DNA of 64,000 nt from Nitrososphaerales archaeon (GCA_965197925.1 CBDAOC010000017.1:96001-160000), one strand, 5' to 3'. Counted from the first letter of the stretch, positions 10,179 to 20,789 are shown. The notes: generated by a model not told the origin, from the letters alone. Translations and numbers: made by a program.

Positions 10179-11229
10179 TTACATTTTCCCGTAGCAATTG
10201 CAAGTTAAAGGAGCATATTTTATACTCATTGATCTCCACATGTTGACCGTTTCCCTACACATTGATATTCTCGATGGGGGATATCCGATTGATTTTAACT
10301 TGTCATAAAATTGGTACATCTCCTTTCTTTGAAGTCCAGTTTCTTTCCCCATCCTGAATCCTCCCTAAAATATTTAGCCCACGACATATCTACGCCTGCC
10401 ATAGATGCGTACTTTCTTCCATAAGCCGCGAGGCGTCCCTAAAATGATTCTCCGAGGTTCGAATTCCGATAGCAGCCTGTATAACAATTCCTCGTAATGC
10501 TGTTTCCAGTTTTCGATGGGAAAAATCGGGTCTATTCTAATCCTTGTACCAGTCTGCCTCATTCACTTTAGCCGCTTCTATTCTTTCGTACGGTGATGGC
10601 GCAGCTCTTTCCCATTTTTTTGTCACTTCGATTGCATTAATACTCCAAGCACATATTACTTGTCTTCTCGGTTTTTAAGTCAACGTTTTTGGGACCGAAC
10701 TTACTGAGCGTTGACAATTTATGTTTTTTTGCTCCTCGAATTTGTCTGCTGTTTTTCCCATAAGTAACGGAAGCATTAGAGAATCCGAAAGTTCACTGCT
10801 GTTGAATATTGATGGTTCCTATATTTTCAAAGGCTTCATCTAGGGCCGCCAGATAATGTGGCTTGGGACTTGGCTTCATTCTTCCCTAGTCCCTCGAAGA
10901 TAACAATAATTGCAGTCAAGTGGGCACCCGAATGCCCAACGGAGTTCCCAGAATCTCCCTCAAGCAATGTCTTCGGGGGTCTTGTGAAATAACGACACAA
11001 TTCCCTTTCCAAATGAAGTCAGTTCTTCCTTTCCTACTATGGGCTTTATTTCTGGGTGTCTTAAGGTTGTTACTGTCTCCGGTTTTACGAATTCAAGTAT
11101 GGTCTTTGAACCTCGACCAGCAGCTAGACGGTTGTTTTGCCTGATGGTTTTCCATGCTTTGTGAGCGGCCTTGCGCTGACGGATTGTTGCTTTGATTTGT
11201 CTATTGCTATCCTTCACTGATTCTACCAA
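10179..11229 (-). pseudogene. Spore photoproduct lyase-like radical SAM protein, multiply frameshifted
   Basis: Reading across frames gives FWELRWAFGCPLDCNYCYLRG (CxxxCxxC), RIRIDPIFP and a C-terminal CRET...TCNC. Confidence 0.75.
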
Positions 11230-12220
11230 TGCTTAGAGGAAGGTAAACGCATGGTTTAAAGCCGCCTAAACCTTCGTCGGCAACCCCACTTCTTTCAGCT
11301 TTTCAAAATCTTCTGATGGGACAGTGCTCTGGTTTAATTTACTGTGGACAAGTTCATATAATTTCTTTTTCCGTTCCTCTTCAAAAACTACTTCAAACCT
11401 GACAGCTTGAGATGACTTGGGTTCCTACCAATCCTTTTTCTTTGCTTCTTAATTCTAGACCGAAAAAATGCTTTGCTTGTAGGAAATATCCTAGTTTTTA
11501 AGTGTAGCTCTTTAGTTTCAGCAATAAAAAACATCAAGTTCATCAGAACTTTTTTCATCTACACTCGTAAAAAATAAAATCGTCATTATTTGACGTCTAT
11601 GCTATGCTCTATTAAATTAGAATATTTTTGTGCAGTTGGTCGGTCTACTTTATTGCTTAACACTATCCAAAAGTCAGAAAGTGATTCAACACCTACTTTG
11701 TCGCACAATTCTCTCCATAATCTTACATTGAATATCTTACATTGAATAGAGCTTTTTTCATTACTTCATCTTCATGATCTGGAGATTCTGGAATCTTCAA
11801 CAATAAAAGATTGAGGCGAACCCTAGAAGAGATGGAAATAGAAATTCTAAATAGAAATTCTCAATTGAAGATTGTCGATAATTTATGGTAGACCGTGTTT
11901 TTTCAAATCATCATAAACCGGTTCGATAAATTCAATAGGATAACCGATCTTAACGATGAAATCCACCAAAGGTCAAATGAATGAGGAAGCCAACGTAATA
12001 GTTGGTAGTTCACTTCAAATATCTCAAGATGTTTCCGTATTTGTTCTTGTGAATCTAGGCTTCAGACGCAAACACATTCGTTGGACCTGTCCAGTTAGTA
12101 CCACTCGCAGTGGCTGGGATTTGGCCAAAGAGCCTTAAAGTCTAATCTATTCACTTCAACTAATGTTTCGATCCAAATCTTAGAGTCTTCTTGAATGCCC
12201 GCATAAGATTCCTTATACTT

Positions 12221-12652
12221 TTACAGGTTTGACAGCTTTAGATGATTTTGCCACCTTGGCTGTCTTTGCCACCTTGGCTGTCTTTGCCACTTGGCTACTT
12301 TGCCGACTTTGACTATTCTTAACAAACGCAATGTTCTCATCACTCTCAATATTCTAAAGAATGGAATTAACAGAAGAATATCGAACCAGCGTTTGCGTAG
12401 GAATGTTTTCCAATTACCAATTGCTCTATATTTGAATATCACATCCACAAGAAACACTCCCCACACTATCCAGGAAATTGTCTGCCATATCGGCTGCACA
12501 CTTTCAGGTATCACTATAATTGGTTCCTCTACGCAGAGGGGTGCCAGTGCATTTATGATAGACTGAGGTATGAATGCCTCTGTACCATCTAGGCATAAAA
12601 CATCAATATCAAACGCAAGAAAGCCTACTACAAACGTCACAATCCATCCCAA
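12221..12652 (-). CDS. Ion-transport / voltage-sensor-like membrane protein (stand-alone or truncated)
   Basis: WFDILLLIPFFRILRVMRTLRLLRIVK resembles S3-S4. An 18-bp tandem repeat near 12248-12292 distorts the C-terminus. Confidence 0.6.
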   Translation of the reverse strand: MGWIVTFVVGFLAFDIDVLCLDGTEAFIPQSIINALAPLCVEEPIIVIPESVQPIWQTISWIVWGVFLVDVIFKYRAIGNWKTFLRKRWFDILLLIPFFRILRVMRTLRLLRIVKVGKVAKWQRQPRWQRQPRWQNHLKLSNL

Positions 12653-12748
12653 TGTTGTAATATCTACAGTCTTGGTCCGGCTTTCTTACTTCAATAAGAA
12701 ATTATAGAAGTTGTATTTACTCACAACAGCTTCTTATTATGAAGTAAT

Positions 12749-12898
12749 CCATAAATGTTCATTGGCGTTATCTGTAAAGGCGTTTGAGGAGGTACAACAG
12801 AAGGATGAAGAAATTCAAACATTAACCAAGAGACTAGGCTAGAACATGCACATAGGAACGTACTAAGATATATAAAGTAAAAGAAAGAGTTCATTTAG
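12749..12898 (+). pseudogene. 3' remnant of a conserved gene (possibly an archaeal integrase Zn-ribbon/coiled-coil tail)
   Basis: HKCSLALSVKAFEEVQQKDEEIQTLTKR/RLEHAHRNVLRYIK*KKEFI*. Homologous remnant at about 17200-17278 (TKRQTRLEKSHGNILRYLEKR). Confidence 0.4.
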
Positions 12899-13005
12899 AA
12901 TATTGTTACCAATGATTGGTAACATATTAGAAAATATGCTAGCTAGGATTTAGTAGGTTAGCGGGAAGACCTAGTTTCGTTTGATAAAGGAATCTAATGG
13001 CTTCT
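12863..13005 (+). repeat. 143-bp repeat copy 1 containing palindrome TGTTACCAAT-G-ATTGGTAACA
   Basis: Reverse complement of 21278-21420 with 7 mismatches by hand count. Confidence 0.9.
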
Positions 13006-13509
13006 ATCTAATTGGGTAATGGTCACTACAGATCCAGTCGATATGAATTATGTTGCATTTGGTCTTGGACTAGCTGCCGTTGGAGTATTTTTAACATACC
13101 GCGAATTTAGGTAATTGAACTATCTTTTTGAGCCCTTATCTAGTCTCAAGAACTGAAATATTAAGACCTTCTCTTTCAATCAAATCAATGTTAGAAAGAA
13201 ACTGATACCTATTCAATATTATGATGCATTGTTACCGTTTTTATTTTTATTATAGCTATTTTTATTATAGCTCGTTAATTTTTAATTCATGCCAAATTCT
13301 AACCTAAGTTTTAGCTCATTGTTATAATTAGGATGTAGGGTTTCTAGCTTTGATATTGCCCAAAACAAGGTTGTTAAAAATGGAGTGTTCAAGTGGGTTG
13401 ATGTATAATGGTCCAAGCATAATGGTCTAAGCACTATCTATCTTGTTCCGTTAATATAATTATACTACTGTCTTAGATTACCTATGAATTGGGGCGGAGA
13501 ACATACATA

Positions 13510-14383
13510 CAACTCATCTCAAAACTAACCATTTAGACAATTTTTAGCGATCATTTAGATCCATGAATAGCGACATCTAAAATTATTTTATGAAATTCCA
13601 AGAATTATCAGACAAACAGTGGAGTATGATGGAATCACACATACCACCACATGCAAAAACTGGCAGGCCTAGGGATTATGATAGAAAAATCATTAACGGA
13701 ATAATCCATGTTCTAACTACTGGATGCCGATGGGACGATATGCCAAAAAGATATGGTGATGATTCTACTGCAAACAGAAGGTTAAACAAATGGCAACAAA
13801 AAGGAATCTGGAAAAAGATTCTATCACGTACTATTCACTCAGCACATAAATCTGGCAAAATTAATCTACAAAAAATATCAGTTGACTCTTCATCCATTCC
13901 TGATAAAAAAGGGGCAATGTAACTGGATATAATGGATTCAAGAGAATAACAGGTACAAAAATACATGCCTCAGTAGAGAGTAACGGATTTCCAATATCCA
14001 TACTGTTGAGTCCAGCAAATGAACATGACAGTACAAAATGCATGGATGTTACAGGATCAATTTCAGACTATCTTGATGATGATTCAATACAACAGATAGA
14101 ATCAGTTTATGCAGACAAAATGATGCAAAATACATCAGAATGTATTTGTGGGATAGAAATATTGCATGTTGCATCCCATACAAAATAAATTCCAAGTTCA
14201 TCTTGCAAAATAATGATTGCAAACATTACAACAAGACAAGATTTGTAGTTGAGAGATTCCTTGCATGGCTCAAGAATGGATTTCACAGAACAAGAACCAG
14301 GTATGAAAGAACGGCAGAAAACTATCTGGCATTTGTTAATCCTGCATCATTTTTGATGTATTGTAGGGTTTTGAGATGAGTTG
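13510..14383 (+). mobile_element. IS5-family element type B (two-ORF, IS427/IS1031-like)
   Basis: IRs CAACTCATCTCAAAAC / GTTTTGAGATGAGTTG, ATA target duplication, TGCRWDDMP motif, slippery AAAAAAGGGG. ORF B is broken. Confidence 0.9.
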
Positions 14384-14436
14384 ATAGTATCATGTACATC
14401 ATACTACCTATATATTACAATAAGAATCAACTCGTA

Positions 14437-14982
14437 ATGCATGAGAAGCATGAGAACGTATTAATTTCTATTCTTGACGCTATGGGCGGTCAAGTTAATG
14501 GTAGAACTGTCTTACAGAAATTATCGTATTTTATATCAGTGAAGACAGCCATTGATTTACAACATACCGCTCATTACTATGGACCGTACAGCCGTACTAT
14601 TGCATCCACATTAGAGGATTTGTCTGCAGCAGGTTTTATTAAAGAAGAAGGTTGGATTACTACCAATGATAGGGTTGCGTATAATTATCGTTTAACTCCT
14701 GATGGAGAATCTATTGTCAAGGACATAAAAGTAAATTCATCGGGTTTATATAAAAAAGTCAGTGACATTGTACATACCTGTACGAAAATTACAAGCAATG
14801 ATCCCGGTATTCTGTCATGGGCAGCAAAAGTACATTATATAGCACGTCAAAAGAAGGGAGGTGAGATAACATATCAGGAAATAAAAGATATTGGAGAATC
14901 TCTTGGTTGGTCATTATCTGAAGCTCAGATTGATTCTGCCGGTGACTTGCTGAAAGAGTTAGGGCTTGTCAAAACCTCTTGA
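14437..14982 (+). CDS. YwgA-like winged-helix protein (GPYS motif)
   Basis: GRTVLQKLSYF...HYYGPYS pattern. Overlaps the downstream HD gene. Confidence 0.75.
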   Translation: MHEKHENVLISILDAMGGQVNGRTVLQKLSYFISVKTAIDLQHTAHYYGPYSRTIASTLEDLSAAGFIKEEGWITTNDRVAYNYRLTPDGESIVKDIKVNSSGLYKKVSDIVHTCTKITSNDPGILSWAAKVHYIARQKKGGEITYQEIKDIGESLGWSLSEAQIDSAGDLLKELGLVKTS

Positions 14983-16291
14983 TGGTAATGCCAATAAAAA
15001 TCCCACAATAATTCGAGATCCTCTCTATGGCTTTGTCGAGCTATCGGCTTTCGAGCGAGACATCGTATCAACTAATGTGGTACAACGTTTATTGAGGATC
15101 AAACAATTAGCGCATGCTTACGTGGCTTATCCCAGTGCAATGCATACTCGTTTTGAACATTCTCTTGGTGCAATGCATGTTAGCGGCAGGATGTGTGGTC
15201 AGCTGGGTATTCCCAAAGAAGCCGAGATTATTAGGCTAGGAGTGTTACTGCATGATATAGGACATGGTCCTTTTTCACATGTTTTCGAACGAATAGTCGG
15301 TGAGGTGACACATGGAGAATATACGCATGAATCCATAGGCAGACTCATTCTAGAAAATGATAAAGAGTTAAAGGACCGTCTCGGTAAAAAACAGAAGGAT
15401 ATAATTCTACTTTATGACGAAAAAGACACCATAGGAAAGGAAATATTATCAGGTAGTTTGGATGCAGATAAGTTAGATTATTTACGGCGTGATACGCATC
15501 ATGTCGGCGCCGCTTACGGCCTTTTCGATTTTGAGCGTGTAATCCGCAATCTACGCGTTATAGACGATGTGACGAGACAATACATTGGAATCGAGGAAAA
15601 AGGAGAGGATGCCTTGGAGAGCTACCGCTTGGCAAGGTATCTTATGCATTCACAAGTTTATGGGCATCATACCAGACTAGTAGCAGATGATATGTTCATA
15701 CGTGCCGTGCAATGTGCCCTGAATGAAGGGGTTCTTGACAAGGATGCCCTTAATCCTAATAATGATGTTGGAAAATTCCTAGAATACTACCTGTCTCTTG
15801 ATGATTACTCAATCCAGCATTTAATTTTGAACAAGTCTGAGGGTAAAGCCAGGCATTTAATTTTTGACATTCAAAAGAGGAAACTGTACAAGAGGGCATA
15901 TACTACAAAATTATCGGCACAAGAAGTTCCCGATGCATTGAAAAGACGAGACTTGTGCTATTTGAATCAACAGAATATTAGTAACCTAGAAAAAAAAATT
16001 GCCGACAAGGCAGGTGCCGATCCCTCTGATATTTTCGTACACCTGCAAAGCATAGAAATAAAACTTTATGAACGATCTCACATGGAAACACCGGTAAGTG
16101 AATCTATTCTTGTACAACGCGGCGATGGTTCAATTGGAAGCATGGACGAGTCTCCGATATCTGCTGCATTCACCGACATAAGAAGATTATATGTTTTTTG
16201 CCCTTGTGATAGACGAGTGCAGGTTGGTCAGGCTGCTGAAGAAATAATCGGTGTACCAAACAAATACGGCCCCAAGAAGAATTCTCCGTGA
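14966..16291 (+). CDS. HD-domain phosphohydrolase, YwfO/SAMHD1-like dNTP triphosphohydrolase family
   Basis: IRDPLYG, QRLLRIKQL, HTRFEHSLG, LLHDIGHGPFSHVFE, LDADKLDYLRRD. Confidence 0.9.
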   Translation: MSKPLDGNANKNPTIIRDPLYGFVELSAFERDIVSTNVVQRLLRIKQLAHAYVAYPSAMHTRFEHSLGAMHVSGRMCGQLGIPKEAEIIRLGVLLHDIGHGPFSHVFERIVGEVTHGEYTHESIGRLILENDKELKDRLGKKQKDIILLYDEKDTIGKEILSGSLDADKLDYLRRDTHHVGAAYGLFDFERVIRNLRVIDDVTRQYIGIEEKGEDALESYRLARYLMHSQVYGHHTRLVADDMFIRAVQCALNEGVLDKDALNPNNDVGKFLEYYLSLDDYSIQHLILNKSEGKARHLIFDIQKRKLYKRAYTTKLSAQEVPDALKRRDLCYLNQQNISNLEKKIADKAGADPSDIFVHLQSIEIKLYERSHMETPVSESILVQRGDGSIGSMDESPISAAFTDIRRLYVFCPCDRRVQVGQAAEEIIGVPNKYGPKKNSP

Positions 16292-16787
16292 ATTTTATCA
16301 TCGACTATTGAACCAGCGAAATTTTTGGTTTTTAATTGAGTAGAACTGGTAAAGATAAGTGGTTTGGAGTTGCACAACTCTAGCAATATATACCTAAACT
16401 GACTGACGAGTAAATTCCTTATCTTTAAATGCTGAAGAGCCAAGACTGAAAATGCCTAAACGAATACTGTTTTGCCCGTGATCGCCCATTGAGTACATCA
16501 TATGTAAGAGAACATTCCTTCACTTTTACAACACATAAAAAATTAATCGTTTTCTATTTGGGCGGTAAGATGACAATATTATTAACACTGATCGATGCGC
16601 CGATCCAGTTTGCCGGGAAGTAAATTAGGATCCAATCCAGACGACATTACCCCGTATTATGCCGATAAGAGAATTTCCGAGGTCTAATCCTAAGAGTCAT
16701 AGTCCTACTTTTTTTATACTGCGAATATTTTGAAATCAATAGTTTGTATCTTCAATGAACATGCTATTCGCTCTCTTAATTCAGCAC

Positions 16788-17095
16788 CTACAGATAAATG
16801 ACGTATTTCCTCCTTATTCGTGCTCTATCTGTGTAGCATGACGATGCATTGCTCGACCTGAATCCCCTCATACTGCCTGAATGCAGGCAGGATGATATGC
16901 CATACCGTATGGACATGCTGCCCTTCCCGTGCGTATAGAGCGGTACTCCAGCCCTTGTCAAGGCATCAGGTATTGTTTTTGCAAGTTTGACGTATCTAGA
17001 CTCTTTCATACATAGGCATGCATGGTATGTAACAAATTGATCCAATGTGCAATTCGATATACAATGGGCTAGAATCCATGGTTTCTACAGGGCCC
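16788..17095 (-). mobile_element. Truncated IS remnant (archaeal IS5-like transposase 5' end)
   Basis: End-like GGGCCCTGTAGAAACC followed by a decayed ORF MKESRYVKLAKTI...VPLY. Confidence 0.4.
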
Positions 17096-17357
17096 GTCCG
17101 ATTACATCCCTTAACATGTTGATTTCCGTCAAGTTAACACATTACGAAAGTCACTTGCGCAAATGAAGTAGGTTCACAACTGAACCAAACCACTGAAAGT
17201 AACCAAGAGACAAACGAGGTTAGAAAAAAGCCATGGAAACATACTGAGATACCTAGAGAAAAGGCAGGCGAGCCAATGAAAGAGGGCCGGGGAAGGAAGG
17301 AGGACTGGGCTTTAACCACTGCATGGAGCAAAAACAATATTGTAAAAGTCATCTGAC

Positions 17358-17437
17358 ATATTGTTACCAATGACCAGTAACATATTGGAAAACGTGCCGG
17401 GTGGCCCTCCGGTAATAGGGAAAACGCGTTTCGTTTC
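17358..17437 (+). repeat. Divergent copy 3 of the palindromic module (TGTTAC-caatgacca-GTAACA)
   Basis: ATATTGTTACCAATGACCAGTAACATATTGGAAAA matches 12900-12934 except in the right half of the spacer and one flanking base. Confidence 0.75.
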
Positions 17438-17594
17438 TACTATCCCAAAACTATTAGCCTTTTTCACATCATTTGACTGACTCAATTAACCACCTTCAAC
17501 TTGTAGATTCATAAATTAATAGACTAATTTATAGAATAGAACTAATCCTTATTTTGTAGAAGTATATTATACTACGGAGTACTAACAAACCCTA

Positions 17595-18326
17595 ATGTAT
17601 CTAATGTATATAGATGAATCTGGTAATAAAAATCCTAATGATTCAGAAATTTGGTATGTTTTGGCAGGCGTAATTATATCAGAAATACACTGGAAAGTAG
17701 TTAATGAGAAAGTCGACAATTTCAAGCGTGCTTTGTTTCCCTCTGCGAACATAGACGAATTAGAATTACACATGCATCATATTTTGCAGAAGAGGGGGCT
17801 TTTTTCTAAATTAAATGATGAACGTGTAAAGGAAATCCTGACACAACTTTATCAATTAATTCATAACTTACCTGTAACCATAATTGCTGTGGCAATCAAC
17901 AAACGAGAGTTGGTAATGAACTATCAATATAGAGATCCCTTGACTGATGCATGGACTTTTCTGACTGAGCGGTTTCATAACTTCTTGGATAAGAGTTGTG
18001 ATGAAAATGGTGTTATAGACTATGGTTTATTGATGATCGACCAGCAAACACAATCAAATGATAAGGATATTAGACAGTTGTTACGGTCATTGCAATCTCA
18101 TGGTACTGGGTTCCAACCAATAGACAATGTAATCGAAGATCCGATCTCTGGTTCTTCTCAATTAAAGAATGCCCTTCAGTTAGCCGACGCCGTAGCATAC
18201 TGCGTACTTGAATATGTAAAAAAAGATGCCGAATTCATTTCCTATCTTAATATTATTGAAGATGTGTTTGATAAAGGACCGAATGGTCAGATTTTAAAAT
18301 ATGGTTTGAAGATATTTCCAGAATAG
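17595..18326 (+). CDS. DUF3800 family protein
   Basis: N-terminal YIDESG and C-terminal LQLADAVAY motifs. Confidence 0.88.
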   Translation: MYLMYIDESGNKNPNDSEIWYVLAGVIISEIHWKVVNEKVDNFKRALFPSANIDELELHMHHILQKRGLFSKLNDERVKEILTQLYQLIHNLPVTIIAVAINKRELVMNYQYRDPLTDAWTFLTERFHNFLDKSCDENGVIDYGLLMIDQQTQSNDKDIRQLLRSLQSHGTGFQPIDNVIEDPISGSSQLKNALQLADAVAYCVLEYVKKDAEFISYLNIIEDVFDKGPNGQILKYGLKIFPE

Positions 18327-18395
18327 GTTGGCGTGGTAGCCTCACCGTGAGAACCACCGTTCAGCTACCCGTTTCAGCAGCCCTACGACTGCCTA
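18324..18395. ncRNA. Candidate structured RNA directly downstream of DUF3800 (DUF3800-motif-like)
   Basis: GC-rich island with nested or alternative stems: TAGG..CGTGG / CTACG..CCTA, GGTAGC / GCTACC, GTGGT / ACCAC, CTCAC / GTGAG. Confidence 0.6.
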
Positions 18396-18463
18396 CTAAC
18401 AATGGATAGAAACAAAGGTAATATAAAACTATGTTAACCAATTGGTTCTGTTGCGTGTGTCAC

Positions 18464-18930
18464 CTATTTGTTTGTGTTGCGTATCGTCACCTGCTTGTTT
18501 CCGCTAACAAATTTAACAAGCTTTTCAGTCAGAGCCGTCAGTTTGACAAAACTCCTTTGAAAATTCTGCCGTTTGTTTAGTGAGGCGTCATACTTTGGCT
18601 TGTATTTCTCCACGTGTTTTTTTGGTATGTCCTGCATTAGTTTTATCATTTTAGTGTAAAATTCAGCATCTCCTGTAAGTTCTTCCCAGAATAACTGTCC
18701 TGCAACTTCGGTATATCTTCTTGTCATTAGGTGGCGATGTCTTTTTGCCACAAGAGTAAGCTAGAACTGGATCAAATTGCTTGTGCAGTTTTAATAATCT
18801 GCTTCTCAAAGAGCTAAACCCATCATTTTGCCTCTTTTTTGCAGATGAGTTAAAGGGGTTTGGACCAGACTTTACGGCATATGCAGAATACCTGTTATCT
18901 GTCTCAACTGCAACATCTACACCATGATGT
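18464..18930 (-). pseudogene. Type II restriction endonuclease relic (EcoO109I/PmeII-like)
   Basis: GVDVAVETDNRYSAYAVKSGPNPFNSS, then a frameshift to EVAGQLFWEELTGDAEFY. Confidence 0.7.
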
Positions 18931-19129
18931 TATCCCTACTGAGTTTGGCTGGTCTTGTTCATGGGAGGATTTTTGGTTCAGAAAGACTTGTTGCAGGCAT
19001 ATTCTAATTGTATATCTCAGGTCCCACCTTGATGTTTACTAGATAATCCTCATCCTTCTCCTCAGCTTGCTCGAACTTCACCAAAAAGAACGGATAAACA
19101 GGCCGTGTATCTGTTCCGTTATATTTTTC

Positions 19130-19163
19130 AGTCCTCCTCCGTCAAGGGTCTAGATATTATTTC
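19130..19163 (+). repeat. Orphan copy of the 3' end of the RHH-Zn gene (AGTCCTCCTCCrTCAAGGGTCTAGATATT)
   Basis: Matches 8007-8040 with few mismatches. Confidence 0.8.
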
Positions 19164-19342
19164 TCTAGCGATATTAAATGCTGGTGTTGAGTAATTGTAT
19201 GCCCACGCATCAGTAACACTAGCGACTAAATATAATTCTACAACGTTCTACATTATTCTAGAAAGTTCTAATGATTTCGTGCAGGGAATTCTAGATTAAT
19301 TGTTCATTATGCTTAAATATGCCTGTAAGAACAACAGGGATA

Positions 19343-19897
19343 ATGAATAAACTAACAATACCAAGCATATTAGCAGCAACAGTATTGATAGCGGGAATAT
19401 TTGCATTCATGCCAGTAGAGAAGGCAAGCACTGTGCACACCAGCCTAGGAACGATGATTGGTGATGTACAAACTACGGCTGATAATATAGAAACTATGAC
19501 AAGTAATATAGAAACTACGATAACGGAGAAAGCGTCGGCATTGAGAATACTAGAGCTTACCGATAATACCCAGGAAGTCAATGATGAGTACACGCTAGAT
19601 TGTACTACGGATTATACAATAATAGGAATCGCTACAAATATGACTGGTGTAACAGAGACGGAGGCTGATTTAATCACTATCAATGGTGAAGATGTGGCTG
19701 TTGACTTTAGTGGTGCTACTACGGATGGTAGAAGCATATTAGATACAGGGAATATTGTTGCATTAGCAGACGAGGACTTAGTAATAACTGTCGAAGATGC
19801 CAACCCTGACGCTGACACAGTGACGGTAATAAGGGTCTCCGTACTAGCGACAAACGCTGGAATGTGTACGCTACTAGAGACTACACCTGCAAGCTAA
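19343..19897 (+). CDS. Secreted/surface acidic Thr-rich protein with thaumarchaeal-type leader
   Basis: MNKLTIPSILAATVLIAGIFAFMPVEKASTVH leader. Followed by a T-rich tract. Confidence 0.75.
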   Translation: MNKLTIPSILAATVLIAGIFAFMPVEKASTVHTSLGTMIGDVQTTADNIETMTSNIETTITEKASALRILELTDNTQEVNDEYTLDCTTDYTIIGIATNMTGVTETEADLITINGEDVAVDFSGATTDGRSILDTGNIVALADEDLVITVEDANPDADTVTVIRVSVLATNAGMCTLLETTPAS

Positions 19898-19912
19898 GCA
19901 TAAACTAACTAA

Positions 19913-19934
19913 CTTCTCCTTCTTTTTTATTTTT
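19913..19934 (+). terminator. Oligo-T archaeal terminator
   Basis: CTTCTCCTTCTTTTTTATTTTT right after the stop codon. Confidence 0.5.
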
Positions 19935-20049
19935 ACAACTTGGCCTGAGCTCTGCTTGATCAGCCCGTCTGCCGGGTATCAGGGTCAGAGTCACTGGAGG
20001 ACCACTTTTCTATAACGGATTATTTTAATCCAGAATGAAGCTGGATCAT

Positions 20050-20337
20050 TGAATATGCCTTATGGAAAATTTCATAATCAGCAGGGTATTTTTCTCCCTT
20101 TTCCGACTACAGGAAATCGCCTTTTTTGCCTCGCATTGTTACTTCCAATGTCTCCACGGTGGCTGGTTCCTAGTTGCCTGGCTCTGGCAACAAGTTTTTT
20201 TACGTGTTTTTGAAATCGGGTTACACAACTGGTACATGCGCCAGTGCCGCAACTTGGCAACAAGTTTTTTTACGTGTTTTTGAAACACCCCCGAGGAACA
20301 CATATTTTTTGTCTTTACGACACGATATGAGAATCAT
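20050..20337 (-). pseudogene. PGDYG-like domain gene relic
   Basis: FQKHVKKLV...TVETLEVTMRGKKGDFL*SEKGEKYPADYEIFHKAY fits the TLEG-M-GD-GE-YP-IF-Y pattern. Confidence 0.55.
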
Positions 20338-20789
20338 TCCTTCTTTTTTTGGAACCATGGCCATTTTGTGTTTTCCCTAGAAATCAGACTTTCAATCCTC
20401 TCAACGAAAAATCTTTGCCTGTCATCCGCATCTGGATAATCACCGGCACCGGTATTGTATAATGAATGTTCCCTACGCATGGTTTCTGCCGTGGTTCGAT
20501 AGTCTAGCCAGTTTTCATGGAACCTGGATGTCTTGATTGCACTGGTGGATATTGCAATAATTACAGACGTAAATACTGCAAGCATTCTCAGATTTGACTC
20601 ATCCATTAGTATCAAAGCAGGAGTCACCGCAGAGGAAACAATTACAACCACTTGGGGCAAACCATGAATTCTCTTGTTATGAACCGCCTTTTGATCATAC
20701 CAATCCGGTTCTTTTTCATACCTATCTTCAATAAAATGAGAAAATCCTGCTCGTTCATGAGTCAGTTTCGGAACATTCCTCAATCGCAT
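20334..20789 (-). CDS. DUF4231 / SLATT two-TM effector protein
   Basis: WYDQKAVHNKR, two hydrophobic segments, FHENWLDYRTTAETMRRE, FVERIESLISREN. Confidence 0.8.
   Translation of the reverse strand: MRLRNVPKLTHERAGFSHFIEDRYEKEPDWYDQKAVHNKRIHGLPQVVVIVSSAVTPALILMDESNLRMLAVFTSVIIAISTSAIKTSRFHENWLDYRTTAETMRREHSLYNTGAGDYPDADDRQRFFVERIESLISRENTKWPWFQKKKE

Noticed and set aside
11230..12200. Degraded coding-like sequence between the SPL-like gene and the ion-channel ORF
   Set aside because: Too fragmented to assign a family.
20185..20285. Two identical 31-bp repeats (TGGCAACAAGTTTTTTTACGTGTTTTTGAAA) with a 39-bp spacer, resembling a mini-CRISPR
   Set aside because: Only two units, with no cas genes or leader. 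The repeat encodes the FQKHVKKLV start of the PGDYG-like relic on the minus strand, so it is better explained as a local duplication.
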